A program made the translations under genes and the position numbers. Shown here piece by piece: positions 1 to 9,289 of a stretch of DNA of 64,000 nucleotides. The notes under the pieces are model-generated. The model was not told the origin of the DNA, did not search any database, and saw nothing but the letters and a program-made list of their open reading frames with translations. The stretch is from a virus: the IMG/VR virus record IMGVR_UViG_3300025705_000581. One strand, given 5' to 3'. Position 1 is the stretch's first letter; each line of letters opens with the position of its first letter.

Positions 1-2
1 CT

Positions 3-869
3 CCTGCTGAACGTAAAAGAGTACGCACAATATTCCATGATTTAAAAGCAGAAATCAATCCAATGCTTGAAGCAGATATTGGTCCTGTTGATATTATCGC
101 ACATTTGGCAGCAGGCTCACACGTTGACCGTTCAATTGAGCGTCCTATGGAATTTGTAATGGACAATGTTGTCGGTACAGCTAATCTTTTAGATTACGGT
201 AGACGCCAAGATAACCTTGAAAGGTTCTTATACTTTTCAACTGATGAAGTATTTGGTCCTGCACCTGAAGGTGTTAATTATGATGAATACGACCGCTATA
301 ATTGTACCAATCCCTACTCAGCATCTAAAGCAGGCGCTGAGGAGTTAGCTGTTGCATATCAAAACACTTATAAAATGCCGATCTATATTACGCATACAAT
401 GAATGTATTTGGTCAACGGCAACATCCTGAAAAGTTTATTCCTATGACTATTAGGAATGTCCGTGACGGTGGAACTGTTACAATCCATTCTGATTCAACA
501 AAAACAATACCAGGATCACGCCATTATATCCATGCTGAAGATGTGGCTGATGCAACAATGTTCTTATTGGAACATAACCGCACATTGGATATGACAAACA
601 ACACAGGAATTAAATGCCCTAAGTTTAATATCTGTGGTGCAACTGAATTGAATAATTTGGAACTTGCACAACTTATTGCTGATGCACAAGGTAAAGAATT
701 GAAATATGAGTTTATGGATTTTCATAGTTCCCGACCTGGCCATGATCTTCGATATGCACTAAGTGGTAAACGTATGGCAAATATGGGATGGACACCACAA
801 CCTGTTGAGAAAAGACTTAAAGAAGTAGTAAATTGGACATTAGAAAATAAAAGGTGGCTTGACATATGA
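3..869 (+). CDS. rmlB: dTDP-glucose 4,6-dehydratase / NDP-sugar dehydratase (5' partial; frame open to window edge)
   Basis: Motifs HLAAGSHVDRSI, STDEVFG, YSASK (SDR YxxxK), NVFGQRQHPEKFIP, RPGHDLRY; frame 3 is open from base 3. Confidence 0.88.
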   Translation, partial: PAERKRVRTIFHDLKAEINPMLEADIGPVDIIAHLAAGSHVDRSIERPMEFVMDNVVGTANLLDYGRRQDNLERFLYFSTDEVFGPAPEGVNYDEYDRYNCTNPYSASKAGAEELAVAYQNTYKMPIYITHTMNVFGQRQHPEKFIPMTIRNVRDGGTVTIHSDSTKTIPGSRHYIHAEDVADATMFLLEHNRTLDMTNNTGIKCPKFNICGATELNNLELAQLIADAQGKELKYEFMDFHSSRPGHDLRYALSGKRMANMGWTPQPVEKRLKEVVNWTLENKRWLDI

Positions 870-1429
870 ATTGGGAAACATTTATAGAACAGAACTATGA
901 GCATGCTTGCAATACAAAAACTGATATTGATGAGCATCTGCCAATCCTAAGAGCATTAGGTGAACAATGCGACCATATTACAGAAATGGGTGTTAGGTTT
1001 GGTGCAAGTTCAAAAGCATTCTTATGCTGTGACGTGACACTTATTTCATATGATATTGAATATAACGAACAAGTAAATAGGTTATTTGAAATTGCAAAAG
1101 ATGCTGGTAAATCGGTTGAGTATATTATTCAAGATGTTCTCAAAACAGAAATTGTACCAACTGACTTGTTGTTTATTGATACATGGCACTCAAACGAGCA
1201 ATTGAGACAAGAACTTGCATTGCACGGAAATCAAGCACAACAATTTCTAGTGTTCCATGATACACAAACTTATGGTCTTCAAGATGAAAGTTGGAATAAG
1301 ATTAAACCGAGTGAACCAGGATGTGGTTTGTTACCTGCCATTATTGATTTTATAATTGAAAATCCACATTGGCAATTCCATACCCACCGAACAAATTGTA
1401 ATGGACTGACTGTATTAGAGAGAAGATAA
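866..1429 (+). CDS. class I SAM-dependent methyltransferase (Methyltransf_24-like)
   Basis: ITEMGVRFGASS motif I, DLLFIDTWH, LVFHDT. Confidence 0.75.
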   Translation: MNWETFIEQNYEHACNTKTDIDEHLPILRALGEQCDHITEMGVRFGASSKAFLCCDVTLISYDIEYNEQVNRLFEIAKDAGKSVEYIIQDVLKTEIVPTDLLFIDTWHSNEQLRQELALHGNQAQQFLVFHDTQTYGLQDESWNKIKPSEPGCGLLPAIIDFIIENPHWQFHTHRTNCNGLTVLERR

Positions 1430-2976
1430 TGATTGTAGATTGCTTTCCGTTTTTTGCACCGACAAATGAAGAAATACTATATTTAAGAGTTAACCTGCTC
1501 AAAGATGTTGTTGATAAATTTATTATTGTTGAAAGTAATAAAACTCATAGTGGTGAACCTGTCGAGCGTCGGTTCCTTGAGATTGCTCGTAATCAAGGTT
1601 TGCCGATGGAAAAGATCATTTATATTGAGCATGATATTCCTGAAACTGAAGATCTAAAAACATTAGCAATTGATAGAGTAAACGCAGGTACTAATAAAAA
1701 TAATATTGATTCATTATATGCAAGAGTACGTGAGCGTTTACAAAAAGATGCTTGTATTAATGCTTTTAATCAATTTAATGACGATGACGTTTTTATCTAT
1801 GGTGATGCCGATGAGATTATCAATCCTGAGCATGTGGAATGGTTAGCAAACCTGTGCCGTGCCAATACATCCGTGATTTTAAAAATACCTCTTGTTTATT
1901 TACAAGGTCGTGCAGATCTGCGTGTCCATCACCGTAATGGTCAACCGCTCATTTGGATGCGTGCTATGTTCTTTGCAACAAAAGGACAGATATGGAAAAA
2001 TGGTGGTTTTAATAATATTCGTTGTGGTAATATGCAGGATGATGTTAGATTTCCTATTCAAGATGGTAAAGTCATACAGGATCTTGGGTGGCATTTGGCA
2101 TGGATGGGAACAAATGACCAACGTAATAAAAAGGCACGTTCATTTGCTCATGCCTTTGATAAATTCCAATGGATGAAGAAACAAGATGATTTTGTGAACG
2201 GCGGATACGAAAAACATTTCAATAGCAATGATCCAGTTGAAGGTGGTATTGCACCTGATGGAAATCCTGGGCATATATTGAAAAGATATCCTCTCGATAA
2301 ATTGCCAAAAATGCTACTTGATACTCCACACCTTAGTAAATTCTTTTTACCTGAAGTTGATATAATGAAAGAGTTTACGTTTAATCACTGTGTTTGTTAT
2401 TGGTGCCAAAAATTGGATTGGCCTTTGATGTATGATCTTGACGGTGATGGTAAAAAGACATGGTTTGAAATACCGCGGAGTTGTTCTGTCACAGTAAAAG
2501 AAAGTCATCCTAGCCGCAAGCAAGTTAGCCGTGATGATCCTGAGTACAAAAATGCAAAAAAACCACTCATTATATTTACAGAACCTGTTGAAAGGTTTTT
2601 GTCTTGTATGAATGTATATCTTGTACCAGGTCAACGGTATTACGATTATGGTAAAGATATTTTTAAATCATTTGATGTTAATCTTGAAGATTGTACCAAA
2701 CAGGAAAAGATTGATTATTTCTTTACACATTTAAATAAGGTGTGTTCTTATCATCAAGTACACCATTTCCATCCGCAAGTTAGATTTATTGATTTTGAAA
2801 CATTTGATGAGTTTACGGTTATCAACAAACACGAAACAAGTAATTATCTTGGAACTGACCGTGTAATGAATAAAACAACAAAAGAAATAAATGAAAGCGA
2901 TTTAACCAAAGATCAACTTGACTTCATACGTTGGGTTTATCGAGAAGATTACGAGTTCTTTAAAAATTATGGCTAA
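1429..2976 (+). CDS. GT17-like glycosyltransferase fused to C-terminal sulfotransferase-like domain
   Basis: N-term DCFPFF..E.L.LR...VDKFIIVESNKTHSG, GDADEI, GWHLAW (GT17-like); C-term EIPRSCSVTVK, FTEPVERFLS, HFHPQ (Sulfotransfer_2-like). Confidence 0.7.
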   Translation: MIVDCFPFFAPTNEEILYLRVNLLKDVVDKFIIVESNKTHSGEPVERRFLEIARNQGLPMEKIIYIEHDIPETEDLKTLAIDRVNAGTNKNNIDSLYARVRERLQKDACINAFNQFNDDDVFIYGDADEIINPEHVEWLANLCRANTSVILKIPLVYLQGRADLRVHHRNGQPLIWMRAMFFATKGQIWKNGGFNNIRCGNMQDDVRFPIQDGKVIQDLGWHLAWMGTNDQRNKKARSFAHAFDKFQWMKKQDDFVNGGYEKHFNSNDPVEGGIAPDGNPGHILKRYPLDKLPKMLLDTPHLSKFFLPEVDIMKEFTFNHCVCYWCQKLDWPLMYDLDGDGKKTWFEIPRSCSVTVKESHPSRKQVSRDDPEYKNAKKPLIIFTEPVERFLSCMNVYLVPGQRYYDYGKDIFKSFDVNLEDCTKQEKIDYFFTHLNKVCSYHQVHHFHPQVRFIDFETFDEFTVINKHETSNYLGTDRVMNKTTKEINESDLTKDQLDFIRWVYREDYEFFKNYG

Positions 2977-3202
2977 AAGAGATAACAGCGCAAAAGTAAT
3001 TCAAAAATTACAATATGATATTGACCAGGAAAAAAAGCAAAAGGCAATATATCGTAAAGAGATTGATGAGCTTCGGCAACAAAAGATGATGTTATCGGAA
3101 ACAATGGTTGCACTTGTGGATGATGATACATATTGGTCAGATGATGCTAAACAGTCTGGTATTATAAACCGTCTGAAAAAAGTGCTACAACAAACCAAAT
3201 AA
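2969..3202 (+). CDS. hypothetical coiled-coil protein
   Basis: In-frame ATG at 2969 overlapping upstream stop; charged helical sequence. Confidence 0.55.
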   Translation: MAKRDNSAKVIQKLQYDIDQEKKQKAIYRKEIDELRQQKMMLSETMVALVDDDTYWSDDAKQSGIINRLKKVLQQTK

Positions 3203-3205
3203 CTA

Positions 3206-3241
3206 TTGACATTACTAATAGAATCAGTTTATATTAGAATC
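3206..3241 (+). promoter_or_regulatory. sigma70-type early promoter with two GANTC sites
   Basis: TTGACA-18nt-TATATT; GAATC at 3221 and 3237. Confidence 0.8.
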
Positions 3242-3267
3242 ATAACAAATATAAACTTGAGGTAGTA

Positions 3268-3804
3268 ATGTTAAATTTTGTCAAAAATACACCGATTGCA
3301 GTAACACAGTCTGTTATCAGAATAATCCTTGTTCTAGGACTTGTAGTTGCTGCTAGCACAAGCCAAGCAGAAGCACAACGGATTGTTGGATTTGATCCAT
3401 TAGAATTCCCTGAAGAGCACTGTCTTGCCTTAAATATTTACTACGAAGCACGAAGTAGTAACCTTGCCGATAAAGCAGCTGTTGCTGATGTTGTCCTTAA
3501 CCGTATGAATGATACACGTTATCCAAACACAGTTTGTGGTGTAGTACAAGACGGTTATGTTAAAGGTCGCCGTGATTGCCAGTTTAGCTGGTACTGTGAT
3601 GGAAAATCTGATGTTCCTGCAGATTTTGACCGTTGGTCCGAGGCACAGAATATTGCGTTTGCAATAACAAAGTGGAGTGAGTTCCGTGGCATCAGTGAAG
3701 GTGCAACTCATTACCATGCTGATTATGTCCAACCTTATTGGGCTTCAAGTCTACAACTTGTTGGTACAATCGGCCGTCACGTATTTTACCGGTGGAATAA
3801 ATAA
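3268..3804 (+). CDS. SleB-like cell wall hydrolase (Hydrolase_2) with predicted signal peptide
   Basis: CLALNIYYEAR, VADVVLNR, YPNTVCGVV, CQFSWYCDG, GATHYHADYVQPYW, IGRHVFY; hydrophobic N-term ending AEA. Confidence 0.88.
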   Translation: MLNFVKNTPIAVTQSVIRIILVLGLVVAASTSQAEAQRIVGFDPLEFPEEHCLALNIYYEARSSNLADKAAVADVVLNRMNDTRYPNTVCGVVQDGYVKGRRDCQFSWYCDGKSDVPADFDRWSEAQNIAFAITKWSEFRGISEGATHYHADYVQPYWASSLQLVGTIGRHVFYRWNK

Positions 3805-3936
3805 ATGATTGAAATAGTCGGAATATTCCGCGAAGAAGTAATTAAGAAAACATTCAAATGCCCGTTAGATGCAGGTGAGTTCAGAGATTTTCTTGATGCT
3901 CAATATCCAATTAAAGTAATATGGAGGAGAACATAA
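3805..3936 (+). CDS. small hypothetical protein (43 aa, not in ORF track)
   Basis: ATG 3805 to TAA 3936; fills the gap and its stop overlaps the next ATG. Confidence 0.5.
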   Translation: MIEIVGIFREEVIKKTFKCPLDAGEFRDFLDAQYPIKVIWRRT

Positions 3937-4247
3937 TGTCAGAAGAAAAATACGTTGTTGTTACATCAATTTCTCAATTTAGAGTACGGCATGCTATTCC
4001 AATGAGTAGATTACAAGAAATGAATCCTAATATGCCTGTTGATCCTGAATGGGCTAACGATGCTGTTACAATGAATGAAGCAAAAGAATTTTCACAAACT
4101 CATTTGGGTGATACTATTCTTGATACGTTTGTTCTTGATGAAGAAAGAGTACTTCAACTGTTTGACCGCGATAACGATTATCTATCAGAATGGGATAAAG
4201 AAAAGAAATTAAACTATATTGACGATTGGAAGGAAAAACCACTGTGA
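3936..4247 (+). CDS. hypothetical protein
   Basis: GGAGGAG SD upstream of ATG 3936. Confidence 0.65.
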   Translation: MSEEKYVVVTSISQFRVRHAIPMSRLQEMNPNMPVDPEWANDAVTMNEAKEFSQTHLGDTILDTFVLDEERVLQLFDRDNDYLSEWDKEKKLNYIDDWKEKPL

Positions 4248-4441
4248 CCCATTCCGTCGAAGAATTATATCAAAAGATAAGTGTACTACACGAAAAGGCA
4301 ATAGAACTACACCGCGAAAGATACCGTGTATCAGGTAGTTATGATGAAACACAATGTCAGTATATGGTTGACGATATAAAAGCATTTGCTCGTGAGATTG
4401 AACGTGGTCCTATTGATTTAGATAGAGATTTTAGTAAGTAA
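4244..4441 (+). CDS. hypothetical protein
   Basis: Probable GTG start overlapping upstream TGA; operon packing. Confidence 0.5.
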   Translation: MTHSVEELYQKISVLHEKAIELHRERYRVSGSYDETQCQYMVDDIKAFAREIERGPIDLDRDFSK

Positions 4442-4442
4442 A

Positions 4443-4760
4443 ATGGAACATAAAGAATTAACACCTGACTGTTGGGTGGTAATACGAATAAACAATACAG
4501 AGCCTGCACATTATAGATTATTAATAGGTTTTGAAGAAAAAGATGAATATAAAGTTAGCACAAAGATTGAATCCTGTGAAGCTGTAAAGAAAGATTATGT
4601 GTTTACAACCGACGCTGTAAAATATTTTTGTAATGACAAGAACCGTGGTTTAAGACCAGTTATTGACCACGTATATCTTTCAATGGTTGACTCAAGTCAG
4701 CATGACATAACATTAGTCAGAAACGATGAGGATTTCTCACTACTACATTATATGGAATAA
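4443..4760 (+). CDS. hypothetical protein
   Basis: ORF track, tight operon packing. Confidence 0.55.
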   Translation: MEHKELTPDCWVVIRINNTEPAHYRLLIGFEEKDEYKVSTKIESCEAVKKDYVFTTDAVKYFCNDKNRGLRPVIDHVYLSMVDSSQHDITLVRNDEDFSLLHYME

Positions 4761-4763
4761 AAT

Positions 4764-5522
4764 ATGAAAATTTTGATATGCGGTCATGGTTTCGTTGGTA
4801 AGGCCCACGGGTTATTTCTATCATCGCACCATGATATTAAAGTGTATGATCCACAATTGGGTTATAAAGATACTACAGTATTTGATGATGCCGATGCAGT
4901 TATTATTGCCGTTTCCACTCCCGAAGGTGAAGATGGCCAATGCGATATGTCAAATGTGTATGACACAATCGAGCGCATTATGCCAGGAACACCTGTTCTT
5001 ATAAAATCAACGGTCAGTCTTGAAGGTTGGCGGTTGATTAACCGTGCCTACCCAGATGAATTTATTACCTTTTCTCCTGAATACCTCCGAGCTGATTATG
5101 CTATGGAAGATTTTAAAAATCAAAAAAGTATAGCTGTAGGTGGCGGTGACGTTCACTTATGGGTTGGTGTATTATCAGACTCATTAGAAATACGTGTTGA
5201 TATTATGAACCCTGAGGTACTTATTTTAAACAAGTATTTTAGAAATGCGTTCTTGGCAATGAAAGTTGCCTTCTTTGAACAGATGTATGATATGGCGATT
5301 ACGTCAGGTGTTGATCCGCACGAATTATTGGCAACTGTTTCAGATGATGCACGTATTGGTAAAAGTCATACATATATTGATACAGATGACCGAGGTTTCG
5401 GTGGTCATTGTTTCCCAAAAGATACATCAGCTTTATTGGCAACAGGCCATCAAATGGGTTACGACTTGTCCATCTTGTCCGAGGCAATGCAATATAATGA
5501 AAGGTTAAGAGATGAAAGTTAA
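4764..5522 (+). CDS. ugd: UDP-glucose/GDP-mannose 6-dehydrogenase family (short form)
   Basis: GHGFVG Rossmann, IKSTV, FSPEYLR, KYFRNAFLAMKV, GFGGHCFPKD catalytic Cys. Confidence 0.85.
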   Translation: MKILICGHGFVGKAHGLFLSSHHDIKVYDPQLGYKDTTVFDDADAVIIAVSTPEGEDGQCDMSNVYDTIERIMPGTPVLIKSTVSLEGWRLINRAYPDEFITFSPEYLRADYAMEDFKNQKSIAVGGGDVHLWVGVLSDSLEIRVDIMNPEVLILNKYFRNAFLAMKVAFFEQMYDMAITSGVDPHELLATVSDDARIGKSHTYIDTDDRGFGGHCFPKDTSALLATGHQMGYDLSILSEAMQYNERLRDES

Positions 5523-5946
5523 GATTGGAAAGTACCCTAGTCATAGATTTTATCACAACTGGTTATACAACTGGTTTGGGTATTCCCCAAAGCAAACAAT
5601 AAGTATAAAGATTCACGACTATGATACGTGGAGTATGGATCATACACTTGCTCATATTATCTTGCCTATGCTAGTACAACTAAAAGAAAATAATCACGGC
5701 CATCCTGCTAACTTAGAAGAACAGGAGTGGGATGACATCATGGATGAAATGATCTGGGCGTTTGAACAAAAGTGCCGAGATAATTGGGAAGATGATTATT
5801 ACGGCGACTATGATGAAGATCAAAAGAATGGGCCGATGGTTGGTAGTTTTGAATGGATTGACCATGAAGGACTGAAAACACATCAAGAAAGAATGACAAA
5901 TGGCTTTAGACTGTTTGGGAAGTATTTTGAAAATTTGTGGGATTGA
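5512..5946 (+). CDS. conserved phage hypothetical protein
   Basis: DTWSMDHTLAHIILPML and GFRLFGKYFENLWD resemble a family common in T4-like phages (recognition only). Confidence 0.6.
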   Translation: MKVKIGKYPSHRFYHNWLYNWFGYSPKQTISIKIHDYDTWSMDHTLAHIILPMLVQLKENNHGHPANLEEQEWDDIMDEMIWAFEQKCRDNWEDDYYGDYDEDQKNGPMVGSFEWIDHEGLKTHQERMTNGFRLFGKYFENLWD

Positions 5947-5953
5947 CAATGAA

Positions 5954-6163
5954 ATGAGAAAAATAGTATATGATAATGTTTGTGAAGTCGTAAGTACACG
6001 GACCGATGTTATAGTTGAGGCTGAAGCTGACAATATGAGACCAGGTGTTTCGTTTGAAGCTTATATTGCAAATAATAAAATTAAAATGAAATGGAATGGT
6101 AAAGTTTATGTCGGCAATGTGTCTGGCATGGAATTTACATCAAAAGGACCAAAAGAACTATGA
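5954..6163 (+). CDS. hypothetical protein
   Basis: In-frame ATG at 5954; stop overlaps next start. Confidence 0.5.
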   Translation: MRKIVYDNVCEVVSTRTDVIVEAEADNMRPGVSFEAYIANNKIKMKWNGKVYVGNVSGMEFTSKGPKEL

Positions 6164-6567
6164 GAGTAGGGTTTACTGCTTCGGCATTTGATTTACTCCA
6201 CGCAGGACACGTTCAAATGTTAAGAGATGCAAAAGAACAGTGTGACTTTTTGATATGCGGATTGCAAATTGATCCGACATTAGACCGAACCGATAAGAAT
6301 GCTCCTGTGCAAAATATAGTTGAAAGATATACACAATTAAAAGCAATTAGTTACGTTGATGAGATCATTCCGTATTTGACAGAATCAGATCTTTGTGATA
6401 TACTATCAATGTACCATATAGATGTTCGTATTCTAGGTGTTGAGTACAAAGAAAAAGATTTCACAGGCAAAGACATATGCCGTAAACGTGGGATTGATTT
6501 ATATTTTAATAAACGGGATCACCGTTTTAGTACAAGTGATTTAAGAAGGAGAGTTTGTAATGACTGA
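6160..6567 (+). CDS. glycerol-3-phosphate cytidylyltransferase-like (TagD family)
   Basis: FDLLHAGH (HxGH), ER..QL.A..YVDE, RDHRFSTS. Confidence 0.85.
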   Translation: MRVGFTASAFDLLHAGHVQMLRDAKEQCDFLICGLQIDPTLDRTDKNAPVQNIVERYTQLKAISYVDEIIPYLTESDLCDILSMYHIDVRILGVEYKEKDFTGKDICRKRGIDLYFNKRDHRFSTSDLRRRVCND

Positions 6568-6739
6568 AGGACCATTTAAGAATGCGTTTGATGCAGACGT
6601 TGACGGTGTTATCCGTAGAGAAATTGTGTCTTATAGAATGAAAGATGGCAATATGGTTAAAGAAACCGCATGCCGTGATTATTACGAATCTGGTGATTAC
6701 CACGATAGCATATCAACACAACCGTTGGTGCAACGATGA
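6560..6739 (+). CDS. small hypothetical protein (59 aa, not in ORF track)
   Basis: ATG 6560 with upstream AGGAG; TGA overlaps next ATG. Confidence 0.6.
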   Translation: MTEGPFKNAFDADVDGVIRREIVSYRMKDGNMVKETACRDYYESGDYHDSISTQPLVQR

Positions 6740-6918
6740 GTGACGAGCAATGGCAAATAGATTCTGATATGCTAATTCAACTTCATAATACCGCAAGGAT
6801 TATGGAACGTTCCGATAATACGGCAGGTAATGAACTCCGACAAATTGCCGACCGTTTTAGTACACTAATTAAAAATGCACATAGTCGAAGACATTGGTGC
6901 AATGGGAATGAGAAATAA
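6736..6918 (+). CDS. hypothetical protein
   Basis: ORF track, ATGA overlap. Confidence 0.5.
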   Translation: MSDEQWQIDSDMLIQLHNTARIMERSDNTAGNELRQIADRFSTLIKNAHSRRHWCNGNEK

Positions 6919-7091
6919 TGTTTAAATTGTTTAAATCTAATACAGACGCAGAAATTGATTTTGAGCAAGATGTGTCAATGGTACCAAAGATTGAAATAGT
7001 ACCTGAGCCATCATTGTCAGATATGCTCAACTTGGTTGAAGAACGTCTTGACCGTATTGAAAGTAAAATTGACAAACTGCTCAATGAGTAA
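6918..7091 (+). CDS. small hypothetical protein (57 aa, not in ORF track)
   Basis: ATG 6918 to TAA 7091; C-terminal coiled coil; overlaps carbamoyltransferase start. Confidence 0.5.
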   Translation: MFKLFKSNTDAEIDFEQDVSMVPKIEIVPEPSLSDMLNLVEERLDRIESKIDKLLNE

Positions 7092-8454
7092 GGTTTGGTT
7101 AGGTATAAGTGAAGGCTTCCATGATGCCGGCGTAAGTATGATTTGGAACGGACAAATATTGTCGGCAACTCATGCTGAACGGTTTAGTCGTAAAAAGAAT
7201 GACCGTTGGGTTCATCCTATGCAGTATCCGCAAGGTATTAATAACGGATATGATAAGATTGCTTTTTATGAAAAACCTTGGTTGAAAACAACACGTCAGC
7301 TATGGGCAGGTCAAGGATTAAAACCAAAACGTACTAAATACAACAAGTCATTCCATCACCACGAGTCTCATGCTGCGGCAGGGTTTTATACTTCAAAGTT
7401 TGATTCCTGTAATATTTTAGTTGTTGATGCAATCGGTGAATGGGATACTGTTTCCGTGTGGAAAGCATGGACAAAGAACGGTGTACCAAAAATGATTAAA
7501 TTAAAATCATATAAGTATCCGTTTTCAGTGGGTTTGTTTTATTCAGCAATTACTAAATCAATTAAATTGAAGCCACAGGAAGATGAATATATTACCATGG
7601 GTATGGCAGCATACGGTGAGCCAATTTATACCGATGAGCTCAAAGAAATAATGCTACACAAAAATTGCCATAAAGGAATACCAAAATGGCAATATGCAAA
7701 AGATGAAGATATTGCGGCATCAGCACAAAAGGTTGTTGAAGATTTCATTATTGAAATGGTAAAAGATTATTGCCCACACGAAAACTTGATTATGATGGGT
7801 GGTGTGGCATTGAATTGTGTTGCGAATACAAAGGTTGCTGAACTTGGCAAAAACATTTGGATTATGCCAAATCCTGGTGATTGCGGATCATCATTAGGTG
7901 CTGCGGCATTAGGTTATGGAAAGAAATTGATATGGGAAGATCCGTATCTTGGAACGGAGATTAAAAATGAAGTACAAGTTAAAAGCGTTGTTAAGCATCT
8001 TATTGATAATTCCTATTGTGGTATTGCGAATGGTCGTGCTGAGTTTGGCCCTCGTGCCCTTGGCAATCGTAGCCTTATTGCTGACCCTCGACGAGATGTT
8101 AAAGATACCGTTAACGAAATTAAACGTAGACAAAAGTTTCGACCCTTTGCACCTGCAATCCTGGAAGAATTTGCTAGTGACTATTTCCAAGGACCAATGA
8201 ATGAGTATATGCAATTTGTGGCGCAAGCCAAACACGATTATAAATCTGTAACCCACGTTGATGGTTCAGCACGTGTTCAAATTGTAAAACCAAACTGTAA
8301 ATCTATATTACGCCCAATACTTGAGGAATGGTATGAGCAAACAGGTTGCCCAATGTTATTGAATACGAGTTTGAATATTAAAGGTCAACCAATGGTTGAT
8401 ACTTGGCAGCACGCATTAGAATTTGAGAAAAAATACAATGTCAAAGTCTTCTAA
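7084..8454 (+). CDS. carbamoyltransferase, NodU/CmcH family
   Basis: GFHDAG, ERFSRKKND, HHESHAAAG, VDAIGE, GGVALNC, GDCGSSLGAA, GRAEFGPRALGNRS, FRPFAP, HVDGSARVQ, LNTSLN. Confidence 0.93.
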   Translation: MSKVWLGISEGFHDAGVSMIWNGQILSATHAERFSRKKNDRWVHPMQYPQGINNGYDKIAFYEKPWLKTTRQLWAGQGLKPKRTKYNKSFHHHESHAAAGFYTSKFDSCNILVVDAIGEWDTVSVWKAWTKNGVPKMIKLKSYKYPFSVGLFYSAITKSIKLKPQEDEYITMGMAAYGEPIYTDELKEIMLHKNCHKGIPKWQYAKDEDIAASAQKVVEDFIIEMVKDYCPHENLIMMGGVALNCVANTKVAELGKNIWIMPNPGDCGSSLGAAALGYGKKLIWEDPYLGTEIKNEVQVKSVVKHLIDNSYCGIANGRAEFGPRALGNRSLIADPRRDVKDTVNEIKRRQKFRPFAPAILEEFASDYFQGPMNEYMQFVAQAKHDYKSVTHVDGSARVQIVKPNCKSILRPILEEWYEQTGCPMLLNTSLNIKGQPMVDTWQHALEFEKKYNVKVF

Positions 8455-9289
8455 ATATATTCTTGCATCAGGCTGTAGTTATACGGATTTAGAATATCGT
8501 TCTCCTCATTATGATATAGACCCATGGCCAATGTGGCCTGAACTTGTTGGTGACATAATTGATTTACCTGTTAAAAATATTGCAAAGTGTGGTGCAGGAA
8601 ATGATTTTATATTAGATCAACTTATTCCTATAATTGCAAAAGATCATATGAATATTGATTGCGTTATGATACAATGGTCGGCAATAGACCGATGGTCAGT
8701 TTACAGTAATGATATGTTTTTAAATAATCTAAAATCTGATATTGTAAATGAGAATACACAAGATCCTCATATGTTGGTTAGTAAAGAACGGGCAGGATAT
8801 TATGAGCGTTTAGAATATTCAAAATATTTAATGAAAAGAATTAATGCTAAAGGAACTATAACACTTGTACAGTTATTCTTTCAGCAATGTTTGACTATTG
8901 AAAGATTATGCCGTGCGCTTGGAATTAAATGCGTACACCTACAAGCATGTGGTCATATAGGTTTAAGTTATGTAAACACTGCATTAAAAATAATGGGTGA
9001 AAAATTTACTTCACACGAGCAACATATGGAATGGATGAAACAAGTAAGTTCATTACCTGAGTACAAAGAATTGTATGATGAAAAAACTACAATGATTAAC
9101 TTTCCTAAAACAAGTTTTATTCCTTTAGTAAAAGTATCGGATGATCCAATATATTGGTCGGTACAGAAATTGTTTAATCTTAACAAGGATAAATATCGCA
9201 TCGGCCCGTTAGACAGTCATCCGTCTGCAAAAGGTCAAGAGTTGATGGCTGAACTGTTCTGTTTAAAATATAATGAGGTTTACAAATAA
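8438..9289 (+). CDS. SGNH/GDSL-like hydrolase or acyltransferase (paralogue 1)
   Basis: GCSYT (block I), GAGND (block II), DSHP (block V). Confidence 0.65.
   Translation: MSKSSKYILASGCSYTDLEYRSPHYDIDPWPMWPELVGDIIDLPVKNIAKCGAGNDFILDQLIPIIAKDHMNIDCVMIQWSAIDRWSVYSNDMFLNNLKSDIVNENTQDPHMLVSKERAGYYERLEYSKYLMKRINAKGTITLVQLFFQQCLTIERLCRALGIKCVHLQACGHIGLSYVNTALKIMGEKFTSHEQHMEWMKQVSSLPEYKELYDEKTTMINFPKTSFIPLVKVSDDPIYWSVQKLFNLNKDKYRIGPLDSHPSAKGQELMAELFCLKYNEVYK

Noticed and set aside
5943-5975. TTGACA at 5943 as another early promoter
   Set aside because: No good -10 at 17-nt spacing, no family motif, and the putative -10 falls inside the next coding sequence
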